A DNA stretch of 64,000 nucleotides from a virus: IMG/VR virus record IMGVR_UViG_3300034954_001721. One strand, written 5' to 3'. The notes below the pieces were generated by a model. The model was given only the letters and a program-made list of their open reading frames with translations. It did no database searches and was not told where the DNA came from. The position numbers were made by a program, and so were the translations under genes. Below, piece by piece: positions 27,072 to 37,815 of the stretch; position 1 is the stretch's first letter; each line of letters opens with the position of its first letter.

Positions 27072-28999
27072 TGTTAGCACAACAATCACTATTTAAAAGC
27101 GGCACTAGTATTACCAACATTCAGAAGTCTTTGAACAGTTTTGGTGTTGGACTCAGAAAAGCTAATAATACATCTTCAGTAATCATACGTGGACTTGTAG
27201 AAGGAAATAGGGAAAAAGAAAAAGCAATTAGATCAAGACTAGGTGTATTTGAAAAGAGAAGAGAAGCAGTAAGAAGAAGAGAAAGGGAAGATATAATTGA
27301 AGCAGGAAAAGTTCAGTCATTAGGAATAGGTTCTGCAACACAAAAAGCTGTTACATCAAGCACTCAAGGATTCTTAGGAAGAGTCATGAAGTTTGTTGGA
27401 ACTATTTTTGTTGGATGGTTACTTACAAATCTTCCGAAAATTATTAAAGGTGCGGAAGAACTAATCACTAAGATGACAGTTGTTTATAATACTCTTCGTG
27501 GTTGGGTTGATAACACGACAAATTTCTTTAAAAACTTTAATCTTTCACTTGATGGTCTTTATGGGCGCATTTTTAACCCACGAGAGGATGATGTTAGACA
27601 ACAAGAAAATCAATTTAACTCTGCCAATTCTGATGTTGAAAATGCAGTCAATAGTATGTTTTTGGATTTGCAGAAGGGAATAACAAACTTGAGAGATTTT
27701 GATTTACTTGCTATTATGAGAAGCATGTTTGTTTCTAATAATAACAATAACAATAATAATCGTAGTACTTCTGGTGATGCTGCTACGGCAGGAAAATATG
27801 GACCAATCTTAAATTTAATTGGAAGTGCTGAGGGTGGATATACTTCTATTGCACCAAACGATAAGAATGATAATCTAACAAATATGACGATTGCTGAAGC
27901 AGCAAATGCAAAGGGTGAAAATGGTGGCACTGGTGCAATTGGCAAATATCAATTAACAAATCCCATTCAGCAAGCAGTTAATGCTGGATTGGATCCAGAA
28001 AAAGATTTATTTAATGAAGAGAATCAAGATTTAATTGCAATATCTTTGATTAAGGGTAGAGGAATAACTGCCGATATGATTATAAATGATCCTATTAGGG
28101 CAGCAAGTCTTCTTGCAATGGAATTTGCTGGTATTCCAGTATTAGCAGATCAACAAGGATACGTGCAGTCTGTTCAGAGGGGTCAAAGTTATTATAGAGG
28201 ATTCAATGGCAATAAAGCTACTATTGCACCAGAAGACGTTGAAGCAGCATTCAAACAGTTTGGGCAAACAGGAAAACTAGATTTAAGTAAAAGATTTACT
28301 AAAGGAGAAGATGTAAGTGCATTAGGTGCTCCAGCAACAATCACATCAATTAAAGGTGCTTTTGAAAACTTTAGAACAAAACCTCATGGTGGTCTTGATA
28401 TTGGATGTGCTGCTGGTCTTTATATTGCATTAAGAGCTGATTGTGAAGTTGTTGGGACAAAGGATGATCCTGGATATGGTCTTGTTATTGACGTATGGGT
28501 GCCTTCGGTTGGTGTTCAACTTAGATTTGCACATAATAGTTCAATCATTATCAAGTCTGGTGCTATTCCAGCAGGAACTTCTTTTGCTGTTACTGGTAGC
28601 ACTGGCAAGTCTACAGGACCACATATTCACTTGGAGGCATCAACAGAAAAAGGTTCTACAAACTACGGTGGCAATACATCACCAGATCCATACGTTGGAT
28701 TAATTATGCTTTCTGCTGCTCAAATTGATAGAAAACCAGGACAAATACCAGATCTTAGTGGTCGCGGTGGTCCTTCTTTAGAGGGAATAGGTATGAATGA
28801 TATTGGTAGTACGGTTGCAACTTCCAGAAATAAAGGTTCTGTCATCCCTGTACCAATTCCTGTGGGAGGACAGCAATCTCAATCGCCTGCAGTAGTAATG
28901 TCTGGTGGTGGAGGTAATGGTGGAACAAAAACTGTTGTCGTAAATGAGTTAAATAGTTTCATCACAAATAATCTTCTTAGAGAGTTAGAATATACATAA
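27071..28999 (+). CDS. Baseplate/tail protein with lysozyme-like and M23 peptidase domains
   Basis: IGSAEGGY...GAIGKYQL...NQDLIA...EFAGIP (lysozyme-like); HGGLDI and STGPHIHLE (M23). Confidence 0.75.
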   Translation: MLAQQSLFKSGTSITNIQKSLNSFGVGLRKANNTSSVIIRGLVEGNREKEKAIRSRLGVFEKRREAVRRREREDIIEAGKVQSLGIGSATQKAVTSSTQGFLGRVMKFVGTIFVGWLLTNLPKIIKGAEELITKMTVVYNTLRGWVDNTTNFFKNFNLSLDGLYGRIFNPREDDVRQQENQFNSANSDVENAVNSMFLDLQKGITNLRDFDLLAIMRSMFVSNNNNNNNNRSTSGDAATAGKYGPILNLIGSAEGGYTSIAPNDKNDNLTNMTIAEAANAKGENGGTGAIGKYQLTNPIQQAVNAGLDPEKDLFNEENQDLIAISLIKGRGITADMIINDPIRAASLLAMEFAGIPVLADQQGYVQSVQRGQSYYRGFNGNKATIAPEDVEAAFKQFGQTGKLDLSKRFTKGEDVSALGAPATITSIKGAFENFRTKPHGGLDIGCAAGLYIALRADCEVVGTKDDPGYGLVIDVWVPSVGVQLRFAHNSSIIIKSGAIPAGTSFAVTGSTGKSTGPHIHLEASTEKGSTNYGGNTSPDPYVGLIMLSAAQIDRKPGQIPDLSGRGGPSLEGIGMNDIGSTVATSRNKGSVIPVPIPVGGQQSQSPAVVMSGGGGNGGTKTVVVNELNSFITNNLLRELEYT

Positions 29000-30318
29000 T
29001 GCCAAGTAAAAAAGCGTCAGATCCATCAGAATACATAGAAGTACTCATTGAATCTAACGATAAATCCCAGAGTGCTGATTTAAGACTTGGTGTCCAGTCT
29101 ATAAATTATTATGAAGACATTTTTTCACCAACGATTACAGCAAAGATTATTGTTACCACTACTGGTAATGCCTTTGATGGTAAAGGAATTTATCAAGGAC
29201 TTCCATTAAGAGGTGGAGAAAGAGTATCTCTCAATATTAAAGGTAATGCAGAAAGTCCTGGATTAAACTTTTCAAAAAATACTGATGATTATTTGTATGT
29301 CTCAAGTATAACAAATATTATCAGTGAACCTCAAGTTGAGACATTTGTTCTTAATCTTTGTTCTAGAGAAGCGATTACAAATGAAACGACAAGAGTAGTA
29401 AAGAAATATCCATCTTCTTCACCAATATCTGGTTCTGTAGAATCAATTTTGACGGAACTTATTCAAACAAGAAAACCAATTGATTCTGACCAGACTTCTA
29501 ATAAGTATGGTTTCATTGGAAATATGAGAAAACCTTTCACCGTACTTACTTGGTTAGCATCCAAGGCAGCACCAGAATCTGGTATTGCTGGTTATGTGTT
29601 CTATCAAACTCAAGACGGATACAAATTTAAATCTCTTGATAAATTAATTACTCAGGAACCAAAAGATAGATTCTATTATACAACAGTTACCGATGGTAAT
29701 GCACACGTTGGGTCTGTATTTGGTGAAGATAAAATTATAATGGCATATGTTACTAATAGAAATCAAAATATGCTTGAAAAATTAAGACTGGGTTCTTATT
29801 GTTCTCATCGTGCATATTTTGATCCACTTACATTTAGAGTAACTCCACCAGAGAAAAGAAGATTTACTATTGACGATTATGGTAAAGTAAAAAATCTGGG
29901 CAAAAAATTGAAATTGCCAAAGATTAGTGAGACCTCTGATAAGACTTTAGGAGAAATTCCAACAAGGATGATTACTGGTATTTTAGATAGAGGAACTATT
30001 GAAAAAGATGTGAAAAAAGATTTGAATGCAGACCCACTTGAAAATCAATCACAATCATTACTTAGATATAATAGTCTATTCACACAGACCTTAACAATTA
30101 CTATTCCTTCAAATACTAATTTGAGGGCAGGTGATATTATTGAATGTTCTTTTCCAGTTACTTCAACAAAAAAAGAAAAAGAATTTGACCAGGAGCAAAG
30201 TGGTCTATATATGATTAAAGAGTTATGCCATCAATTCAATGCAGAGGGGTCATATACCTCTGCAAAGTTGATTAGAGATACATTTGGTCAATACGGAACA
30301 AATAACAAAGAGAACTGA
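28999..30318 (+). CDS. Baseplate hub protein (gp27-like position)
   Basis: YYEDIFSPTITA, GYVFYQTQDGYKFKS, LRAGD.I, SGLYMIKELCH; directly upstream of gp5. Confidence 0.6.
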   Translation: MPSKKASDPSEYIEVLIESNDKSQSADLRLGVQSINYYEDIFSPTITAKIIVTTTGNAFDGKGIYQGLPLRGGERVSLNIKGNAESPGLNFSKNTDDYLYVSSITNIISEPQVETFVLNLCSREAITNETTRVVKKYPSSSPISGSVESILTELIQTRKPIDSDQTSNKYGFIGNMRKPFTVLTWLASKAAPESGIAGYVFYQTQDGYKFKSLDKLITQEPKDRFYYTTVTDGNAHVGSVFGEDKIIMAYVTNRNQNMLEKLRLGSYCSHRAYFDPLTFRVTPPEKRRFTIDDYGKVKNLGKKLKLPKISETSDKTLGEIPTRMITGILDRGTIEKDVKKDLNADPLENQSQSLLRYNSLFTQTLTITIPSNTNLRAGDIIECSFPVTSTKKEKEFDQEQSGLYMIKELCHQFNAEGSYTSAKLIRDTFGQYGTNNKEN

Positions 30319-32894
30319 TGTTAGAGGAGTCATTACTAAAAACTAATTTTATTGGTAGAGACGGATTCCGATGGTGGATTGGACAGACTGCTCCTGCTTC
30401 TGCACAAGGTAATCAAGCAAATGGTGGCGGATGGGGAAATCGTTTCAAAGTTCGTATTTTTGGTTATCATCCATATACTACTGTTGAACTTCCTGATGAA
30501 GATTTGCCTTGGGCGATTGCAATTCTTGGTTGTACTGATGGTTCTGGTGCTTCAAATAGAGCTACGTCTGTAAAGATTGCACCTGGTGATACTGTATTTG
30601 GTTTCTTCCTTGATGGTGATGATGCACAGCAACCTGCAATTCTTGGTGTTTTTGGTAGAACAGACCAGGTTCCATCATCAACGTACAAGAATCCATTTGA
30701 ACCGTTCACTGGATTTACAGGCAGAATCAAACCTGCAGCTGGTGGAGTTATTGTACCAAATCAAGCAAACGAACAGACCACAACAGCACAAAAAGCACCA
30801 CGTTCAGTTGATAAACAAACTGCCGATAAACTGAATAAACAGGCAGAAAGTTCTACTCAAACTGATGAAGTTCTTGCGGCAGAAGACGCCGCTTTAGCAG
30901 AAGCACAAGCAAAAGAAAAGGCAGCAACTACAAAAGAAGTTTCTTCAAGTCGTGCTATTGGTAAAAAAGTTACTGCTGCAAATGCTAATGAAGATAGTGC
31001 TGTTGCAAGAATAAAGAATGATGTTGATAATTTTACTAAGAGTGTAGCAGAAATTACAGGAAGCATTCAAGGTGCTGTTAATGGTGCAAATGAATTTGTA
31101 GGAAAAAAGAAGCAACAATTATTTGAATTAATTGATACTCAAACTGCCAATATTCAGAAGGGCAGTGCTCGTATGATTCAAGATATAACTACAAATTTAT
31201 CGAATGTTCTTGTACCAACTCTAAATTTTGGTCTTCAAGCATTATATGATTCTGTATATGCAGTAGTTTTTGCTGCAACAGGAAGCGATCCAGCGGCAGA
31301 TACTGCAGGAATAATTGCACAAGCAACACTCATTGGTCCAGTAAAGGAAATTTCGGATGCAATACCTTGTATTGCTAATAAAGTTATAGCAGGTATTGGA
31401 GATGTAATTAAAGGAGTTCTTCAGAGTGTTGCTGATAATGTTACAAATTTTGTTTCATGTATTGGAGACCAGGTTGTTGGTGCTTTAATGAATCACATTA
31501 TCGGTGGTGTGACAAGTTTCCTTGGACCTTTGATGGCAGGTGTCGATAAAATTCTAATGGGATTTGACATCGGTACTTGGTTAGGTGGAACGGGTAGTGC
31601 AATCTTAGGTATTGCACAAGAACTTGGATGTAATCAGATTGCACCAGAATTTGACCTTGCATCAGATGAGTGGGTAATTGGAAAAGGATTTAGTGATGAG
31701 GATGGTGTTCCTGTAGATGAAATTTTAAATACTGCAAATGAAGCGTTAGCGGTTGCTCAGGATTTATCTGCGCTGCCAATTGATTTGGTTCAAGATATTG
31801 CTTCCATCACTGGATCATTAGGATATTTTGATTTTATGAATCCAAGTGTATCAACACCAGGATTTGAAAGTCCTCTGAGTAAGTGTTACGCAGGACCACC
31901 AGAACTTGGTGGATGTGGTGGCACAAAAGTTAAAATTTTTGGTGGTGGAATCAAAGGTGTTGGTGGCATTGCAAATGCAATTGTTCAGGTTGCTCAAGGT
32001 GGACAAGGACTTACAGGTAGTGTGATTGGTGTAGATCTTGTTAATGGTGGTGGTGGATATACTTTCCCACCATTTGTTGAACTTGTTGATGAATGTGGTG
32101 AAGGTTATGGTGCCACAGCAAGATCAGTTATTGATTATGATCCAGATTCTCCTACCTATCAACAAATAACTGACATTTACATTGTTACTGAGGGTGAAAA
32201 TTATACACCAGATAAAAATATTCCAGTTGACGATGACTTTATTCTTGATGATGAAAAAGGACCCATTATTATTGATGGTGGAGAAAATTATGAAGATGAG
32301 GATATAATTACTGATAGTGCTGGAAACGAATATGATATTAAGATTGACAATACTGGCGCAATAACTAAGATTGCTCCCAGAATCAATAATGAATATCCTA
32401 GTTTTACTGAATCACTTGAATATACAGTTAACACTATTACTGGAAGTGGTGCCAAGATAGCACCTAGAATTAAGAAGAGACCTATCACACCTCAAGGTCA
32501 AGTTAAACAGGTCATTGATTGTATTTCTAAGGATGATGATTTTGTTGGATATGTCAATGGTGAAAAATATTATGGACCATTCCATGTACATCCAACAAAT
32601 GGAAGAAAAATGGTGGGTGCTACACACGTATCTACACCTCATCAATACATTTATGATTCTCCAGAAGAAAGTCTTGGTTCTCCACAACAAATAGTTAGTA
32701 CAACTACTCAAATACAACAGGTAACTGGAGGAGGTACTCCTACAACTACATCTAGTACCACCCCTACAACACCTAGCACTAGTGATGGTGAAACTCAAAC
32801 TCCCTCAGCACCAGTACCAACTCCTACACCAACTCCTACACCACCACCAACACCTCCCCCATCTTCACCTCCATCCGGTGGTGGCGGATACTAA
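30318..32894 (+). CDS. gp5: Baseplate hub subunit gp5 (N-terminal OB domain)
   Basis: WWIGQ, RFKVRIFGYH, LPDEDLPWA, VFGFFLDGDDAQQP.ILG. Confidence 0.85.
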   Translation: MLEESLLKTNFIGRDGFRWWIGQTAPASAQGNQANGGGWGNRFKVRIFGYHPYTTVELPDEDLPWAIAILGCTDGSGASNRATSVKIAPGDTVFGFFLDGDDAQQPAILGVFGRTDQVPSSTYKNPFEPFTGFTGRIKPAAGGVIVPNQANEQTTTAQKAPRSVDKQTADKLNKQAESSTQTDEVLAAEDAALAEAQAKEKAATTKEVSSSRAIGKKVTAANANEDSAVARIKNDVDNFTKSVAEITGSIQGAVNGANEFVGKKKQQLFELIDTQTANIQKGSARMIQDITTNLSNVLVPTLNFGLQALYDSVYAVVFAATGSDPAADTAGIIAQATLIGPVKEISDAIPCIANKVIAGIGDVIKGVLQSVADNVTNFVSCIGDQVVGALMNHIIGGVTSFLGPLMAGVDKILMGFDIGTWLGGTGSAILGIAQELGCNQIAPEFDLASDEWVIGKGFSDEDGVPVDEILNTANEALAVAQDLSALPIDLVQDIASITGSLGYFDFMNPSVSTPGFESPLSKCYAGPPELGGCGGTKVKIFGGGIKGVGGIANAIVQVAQGGQGLTGSVIGVDLVNGGGGYTFPPFVELVDECGEGYGATARSVIDYDPDSPTYQQITDIYIVTEGENYTPDKNIPVDDDFILDDEKGPIIIDGGENYEDEDIITDSAGNEYDIKIDNTGAITKIAPRINNEYPSFTESLEYTVNTITGSGAKIAPRIKKRPITPQGQVKQVIDCISKDDDFVGYVNGEKYYGPFHVHPTNGRKMVGATHVSTPHQYIYDSPEESLGSPQQIVSTTTQIQQVTGGGTPTTTSSTTPTTPSTSDGETQTPSAPVPTPTPTPTPPPTPPPSSPPSGGGGY

Positions 32895-32916
32895 ATATTA
32901 TTAGGAGGTTCTAGAA

Positions 32917-33519
32917 ATGTCAAATAATTGGGAAGGTAGACAATATATCAATCTTGGTCCTAAATTCAGGATTGAAGCTGCAAATCCCCAGACGGGATTT
33001 AATGGTGAATCAGTTTATGATATTTACGGCAATAATAATCAAGGTGATGTTTCCTTGATGGGAATGACCGAGGGTGGAGTATTTCGTCTCTATAATGATA
33101 GAACCATTGAGATTATTGGAGGTCAAAATACTGAAAGAGGTGGTGTAGATATTTGCATTACTGGTATGAAAGGTAGTGTTCTTATTACTGCCATGGAAAA
33201 TGGTGATGTCAGAATCCTTGGCAATAACATTGTTATGGAATCTAAGACAGATATTACATTCAAAGCGGGAGCTAATGTGCTCTTTGATGTTGGTGATAAA
33301 TTTGATATTAAAGCAAAAGAGGCATATTGTGAAGCACCACATTCTTATGGACCTAAGTGTATCGCAACAGAAACTAATCTAAAGACTTTCTTGAATCAAG
33401 TATATGCTGGTCTTGATGCAGAAAGTATTGCTATTGCCGCGTCTGCTGGTGCTGGTGGAGTTGGTTCTGCTGCCGCAGTTGCTATTGCAAAAAAAGCTAT
33501 TGGAGAACTTAAAGCATGA
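32917..33519 (+). CDS. Probable gp5 C-terminal beta-helix/spike-like protein
   Basis: Short beta repeats (GDVRILGNNIVMES..DITFKAG); AGGAGG SD; TAAATA at 32892. Confidence 0.5.
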   Translation: MSNNWEGRQYINLGPKFRIEAANPQTGFNGESVYDIYGNNNQGDVSLMGMTEGGVFRLYNDRTIEIIGGQNTERGGVDICITGMKGSVLITAMENGDVRILGNNIVMESKTDITFKAGANVLFDVGDKFDIKAKEAYCEAPHSYGPKCIATETNLKTFLNQVYAGLDAESIAIAASAGAGGVGSAAAVAIAKKAIGELKA

Positions 33520-36500
33520 GTTTATTCAATAATAAAACTAGTTTTGAGCATACTTTTGCCGCTAAAGTATATTTTTATAAGGATATTGATGTAAGTGGTA
33601 GTGCAACGTTTGATAAAGATGTAACAATTGGTGGAGACTTAAACGTTTCGGGTGATTCATCTTTTGCTGGTAATGTAACTATTGAAGAAAATCTAACTGT
33701 TAAAGGTTTTTTAGATTTTGAAAATCTTTTAGTAAGAAATAGTTTTGATGTTGGTGTAGGTGGAACTGTATTTACTGCTGATGCTAGTACGGAAAGAGTT
33801 GGTATAGGAACAACGGCACCAGTAGAAAAATTTCAACTACTAAGTGGAAATAATACTATTGTAGTCACTGATCAGGGAGTAGTTGGTATAGGAACAACGA
33901 CACCTGTTGATTTTACTGATGATGGTTCATTAAAACTTGATATTGACGGAAGTGTTTCTATCGCCAAAGATCTTTTAGTAAAAAGAAGTTTTGATGTTGG
34001 TGTAGGTGGAACATTATTCACAGCAGACACTAGAACGGATAAAGTTGGTATAGGAACAACCGCACCCCTAGAAAAAGTTCAGATTCTTTCTGGAGATGAC
34101 AGTATCGTAATTACTGATCAAGGAGTAGTTGGTGTTGGAACAACAGTTCCGGCAAATTTTAATAATGATGGATCAATAAAATTAGATATTAATGGAAGTA
34201 TTTCTATTCAGAAAGAAATTTATGACTCTAGAAATCTAAAAGGTCTTTCTGGTAATTTCTTAAGTAAAGATGAAAATGGTATAACTTGGGTACCATTTGA
34301 ACCTGCGTTCCAAGAAGGTATTTTCCTACAGGATGAAGGTGTCTTTGTACCAACTCCAGGACAAGGGGGTCAAGTTGGTGCTGGACAATCCTTCTCAATT
34401 CTAAATTTTGTCCAATTAAATAGTCTTGGAAAAGGAACTGATACACTTGTTCCAACTGCTAGACATCCACAGACAGTTACTGGACTTGCAACCATATTTA
34501 CCAATGATCTTTGGGGATTTAATGGTTCTGGAGATGATGCACCAATTTATAGGGATACTAGAGTTGGAATCAAACAAAATAATCCACAGTTTGATCTAGA
34601 TATAAACGGAACGTTAAATGTTGATGGTGCTACAACACTTAATGACACTCTCGATGTTGATGGTGCTACAACACTTAATGACACTCTCGATGTTGATCTT
34701 GCTACTACTCTTAATAGCACTCTTGATGTTGATGGTGCTACCACTCTTAATAGCACTCTTGATGTTGATGGAGTATCAACATTTAATGATGAAACAGACG
34801 CCACTAGCACTACAAATGCATCAGTTCAAATTGATGGTGGCGTTGGAATAGTTAAGAAACTTTTTATCGGTGGAGATACCAAAGTAGAATCTGAAACTGA
34901 TGCAACTGCATCTGATGCTACGGCAGCATTACAGGTGGTTGGTGGTGCTGCCATCGGCAAGAAACTTTTTGTTGGTAACGAAACTAAAGTAGAATCTGAA
35001 ACTGATGCAACTGCATCTGATGCTACGGCAGCATTACAGGTGGTTGGTGGTGCTGCAATTGGTAAGAAACTTTTTGTTGGTCAAGAAACTAAGTTAGAAA
35101 ATACATTAGAACTTGAGAATGCAATAATTGATATAAATCAACAAACTGGAGTTAATGGGAAAGATTATCGTTTAGCATCTGTCGGTGCTGGTGTATCTTG
35201 GAGACCATCAGGTGTTGAAACAAAGAAAACTATTTGGGTTTCAAAAAGTGGTGATGATTCTAACAGTGGGTTATTAGAGGGTGATGCTAAAGCAACAGTT
35301 GGTGCTGCAGCGACGGTTGCTCTACCTGGAGATACAATTAAGATTCGTCCTGGAAGATATGTTGAGAATAATCCAGTTGGTCTTCAAAGAGATGTATCAA
35401 TTACTGGAGAGGATTTAAGACTTGTTACTATTGAACCACAAAATACAAATTTAGATGTTTTCTGGGTCAGAAGAGGATGTCTGATTGAGAATTTAAATTT
35501 TGCTGGTGACAATATTTTTGTTGACCATAGTGGTGCAGGTGCAGTTGCATTCCCGATAACTGGAGTGACAGCAAATAGTGGATATACTGCTGCTGGTCCA
35601 GCAGACGAAGGTCCTACAAAACGTTGGAGATCTCCATACGTTAGAAACTGTACCAATTTTATGACCGGAAGTATTGGTATGAGAATTAATGGTGATGATG
35701 CAATAGCGAATTTTACAGGAACAGTAATTCCTGGAGCAGACTTAAAATCAATGGTCTGTGATTCCTTTACTCAGTATAATGAAGCGGGGATTGGTGTATC
35801 TCTGACTAACAATGCATATGCTCAGTTGGTTTCTATCTTTACAATTAATAATGATATTGCAATCTACGCCGATACTGGAGCACAATGCGATCTTACAAAC
35901 TCCAACTCATCATTTGGTAATTTTGGATTAGTTGCTGTTGGTCTTGGCGCAACACAATTTACTGGTAAAGTAAATGCGGATATTGTTCCTGGAGATAATT
36001 CTGATGTAGTTGTTGGTAAGGGAGTTACTGATTCAAGTGATATAGTTAGAAGACCATTTGATGGGCAAGCATTATATTTTAAAATTAACTTAGCAAACTA
36101 TCCAGATGTTCCTGCAGCAGAACAAGCAACTGGAAGAATAACAGCACCACTTCAAGAACTTTCAAGCATTGAAGTTATTGGTTCTCCTGGAGGATTTTCT
36201 GCTGCAGTTCCACCAACAGTTACTATTAGGGATAATGATGGAACTCTTGAACCAAAGGGACCACAGGGTATTATTGCAGAAGCAAGTGCAACTATTGATG
36301 AAAATGGAATTTTAACTGAAATTGATGTTATTAATTCTGGAAGAAACTATCTTCCTACACAAAATATTGTAGTAGATATTGATGGTAATACTGCACTTGC
36401 AAATGCAGTTATGGAACCAATTTATTTCACAATCTCCGAAGCAACTGAACCTATCATTAATACTGGAATAACTACAATGACTTTTAATGAATTTGTTCCT

Positions 36501-36818
36501 TATGAACTATTTGAGGATGACCCTTTTACCCTGCAAAGAATTAGTCGTATTCTAACCAGCTCACATTCTTTTGAATACGTTGGTTCAGGTACCAGTATAA
36601 ATACATCACTACCTTTCCAAGGTGCTATTCCAATAAAAGAGAATGAGGTTGTTGTTAGTAAAGGAGCACAAATTCCATTTACTTCAACAGATCAAAAAGG
36701 AAACTTTGATATCGGTGCAGGAATTCAGGTCGATCAAACCACATCCACAGTTAGAGGAAGAGACTTTAGTAAAGCAATACAGGCAGAGGTTACACCACTT
36801 ATACTTGCGTTGAGATAA
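33516..36818 (+). CDS. Large virion structural protein with fibre repeats and a pectin-lyase-like C-terminal domain
   Basis: VGIGTT repeats, LDVDGATTLN repeats, VSKSGDDSNSG, SPYVRNCT, SNSSFGN. Confidence 0.7.
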   Translation: MSLFNNKTSFEHTFAAKVYFYKDIDVSGSATFDKDVTIGGDLNVSGDSSFAGNVTIEENLTVKGFLDFENLLVRNSFDVGVGGTVFTADASTERVGIGTTAPVEKFQLLSGNNTIVVTDQGVVGIGTTTPVDFTDDGSLKLDIDGSVSIAKDLLVKRSFDVGVGGTLFTADTRTDKVGIGTTAPLEKVQILSGDDSIVITDQGVVGVGTTVPANFNNDGSIKLDINGSISIQKEIYDSRNLKGLSGNFLSKDENGITWVPFEPAFQEGIFLQDEGVFVPTPGQGGQVGAGQSFSILNFVQLNSLGKGTDTLVPTARHPQTVTGLATIFTNDLWGFNGSGDDAPIYRDTRVGIKQNNPQFDLDINGTLNVDGATTLNDTLDVDGATTLNDTLDVDLATTLNSTLDVDGATTLNSTLDVDGVSTFNDETDATSTTNASVQIDGGVGIVKKLFIGGDTKVESETDATASDATAALQVVGGAAIGKKLFVGNETKVESETDATASDATAALQVVGGAAIGKKLFVGQETKLENTLELENAIIDINQQTGVNGKDYRLASVGAGVSWRPSGVETKKTIWVSKSGDDSNSGLLEGDAKATVGAAATVALPGDTIKIRPGRYVENNPVGLQRDVSITGEDLRLVTIEPQNTNLDVFWVRRGCLIENLNFAGDNIFVDHSGAGAVAFPITGVTANSGYTAAGPADEGPTKRWRSPYVRNCTNFMTGSIGMRINGDDAIANFTGTVIPGADLKSMVCDSFTQYNEAGIGVSLTNNAYAQLVSIFTINNDIAIYADTGAQCDLTNSNSSFGNFGLVAVGLGATQFTGKVNADIVPGDNSDVVVGKGVTDSSDIVRRPFDGQALYFKINLANYPDVPAAEQATGRITAPLQELSSIEVIGSPGGFSAAVPPTVTIRDNDGTLEPKGPQGIIAEASATIDENGILTEIDVINSGRNYLPTQNIVVDIDGNTALANAVMEPIYFTISEATEPIINTGITTMTFNEFVPYELFEDDPFTLQRISRILTSSHSFEYVGSGTSINTSLPFQGAIPIKENEVVVSKGAQIPFTSTDQKGNFDIGAGIQVDQTTSTVRGRDFSKAIQAEVTPLILALR
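34615..34790 (+). repeat. 36-nt coding tandem repeats (LDVDGATTLN[D/S]T, about 4-5 copies)
   Basis: gatgttgatggtgctacaacacttaatgacactctc and variants in tandem. Confidence 0.85.
34879..35090 (+). repeat. Near-identical coding duplication of about 100 nt (TKVESETDATASDATAALQVVGGAAIGKKLFVG x2)
   Basis: Direct comparison of the two copies. Confidence 0.85.
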
Positions 36819-36819
36819 T

Positions 36820-37809
36820 ATGGCAGTTGCACCACTTAATAAGTTTATCACGATTGCTGTTCCAGTTTCTCCTGGGGAGCAGACAGTTTATACTGCACCT
36901 ACAGGAGTTTCTTCAATTATCTTATATGCTTCAGTATCTAATGTTGGGGTAAATACATACCCAACAATGACTTTTACGCATAGAAGAGAAAGTCAAGCAT
37001 CTAAGACAAAGGGTAATACTAGAAATATTAGAGTTATAAAGAATGGTGAAATTCCACCTAACGATGCTTTAGTGATAATTGATGGCAGACTAGTTCTTCA
37101 AAGAGATGCAAGAATAAAAGATTCCGTTATTATCAATGGAGTTCAATCAGGAGTAACGACAATTACAAATGTAGATTACGATAATTCATCAGGTATTGCT
37201 ACTGTAACAACAATAAACAATCATGGATTTAATGTTAATGATGAAGTAACACTGAGCAATATTGTCTTTGATTGCGGGTCATATAATTCAGGTATAACTA
37301 CAAGTGTTTTTCCAGAACCACAAAGAAGTTTTATCGTTGATAGTATTGTAAATAATGTAGGAACATCAAAAACATTTACTATTGATGCAGGTATAGTTAA
37401 TGGTATTCCTCACACATATGTACCTGCTCAACACCAATTTGTAAGTGCAACATCAAATGCTATTACAAATACTACAGGCACACCCGCTACAATGAATCCT
37501 CCAACAGCAGTAACTTATGATGGTGCTACAGGAGTTTTAACATTAACAATCGCTGGACATGGACTATCAAATGGAAATACGATAAGTATAGCAGATAATT
37601 CTTTATCATTTAGGTGTAGTATGGATAGATACTTAAGCGTGCATACATACCCTAGAACAACAGATCCTGCTTCTGGTCAGAATCTGACTGTAACAAAAAT
37701 AGATAATGATAAGTTTACTGTAAATGTCGGTGTCTCTCCAAGTGGAGGTAATGTGGCTCCACTACAAATGGAATTAATTATGAGTATCTTAGAGAATAGC
37801 ACTACGTAA
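36820..37809 (+). CDS. Virion structural protein
   Basis: MAVAPLNKF..., beta-rich, ends LIMSILENS; TAAATA at about 36598. Confidence 0.6.
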   Translation: MAVAPLNKFITIAVPVSPGEQTVYTAPTGVSSIILYASVSNVGVNTYPTMTFTHRRESQASKTKGNTRNIRVIKNGEIPPNDALVIIDGRLVLQRDARIKDSVIINGVQSGVTTITNVDYDNSSGIATVTTINNHGFNVNDEVTLSNIVFDCGSYNSGITTSVFPEPQRSFIVDSIVNNVGTSKTFTIDAGIVNGIPHTYVPAQHQFVSATSNAITNTTGTPATMNPPTAVTYDGATGVLTLTIAGHGLSNGNTISIADNSLSFRCSMDRYLSVHTYPRTTDPASGQNLTVTKIDNDKFTVNVGVSPSGGNVAPLQMELIMSILENSTT

Positions 37810-37815
37810 TAATAA

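Noticed and set aside
34615-35090. Tandem repeats that could look like a CRISPR array
   Set aside because: In-frame coding repeats without unique spacers; no cas operon (the Cas4-like exonuclease is a core phage gene).
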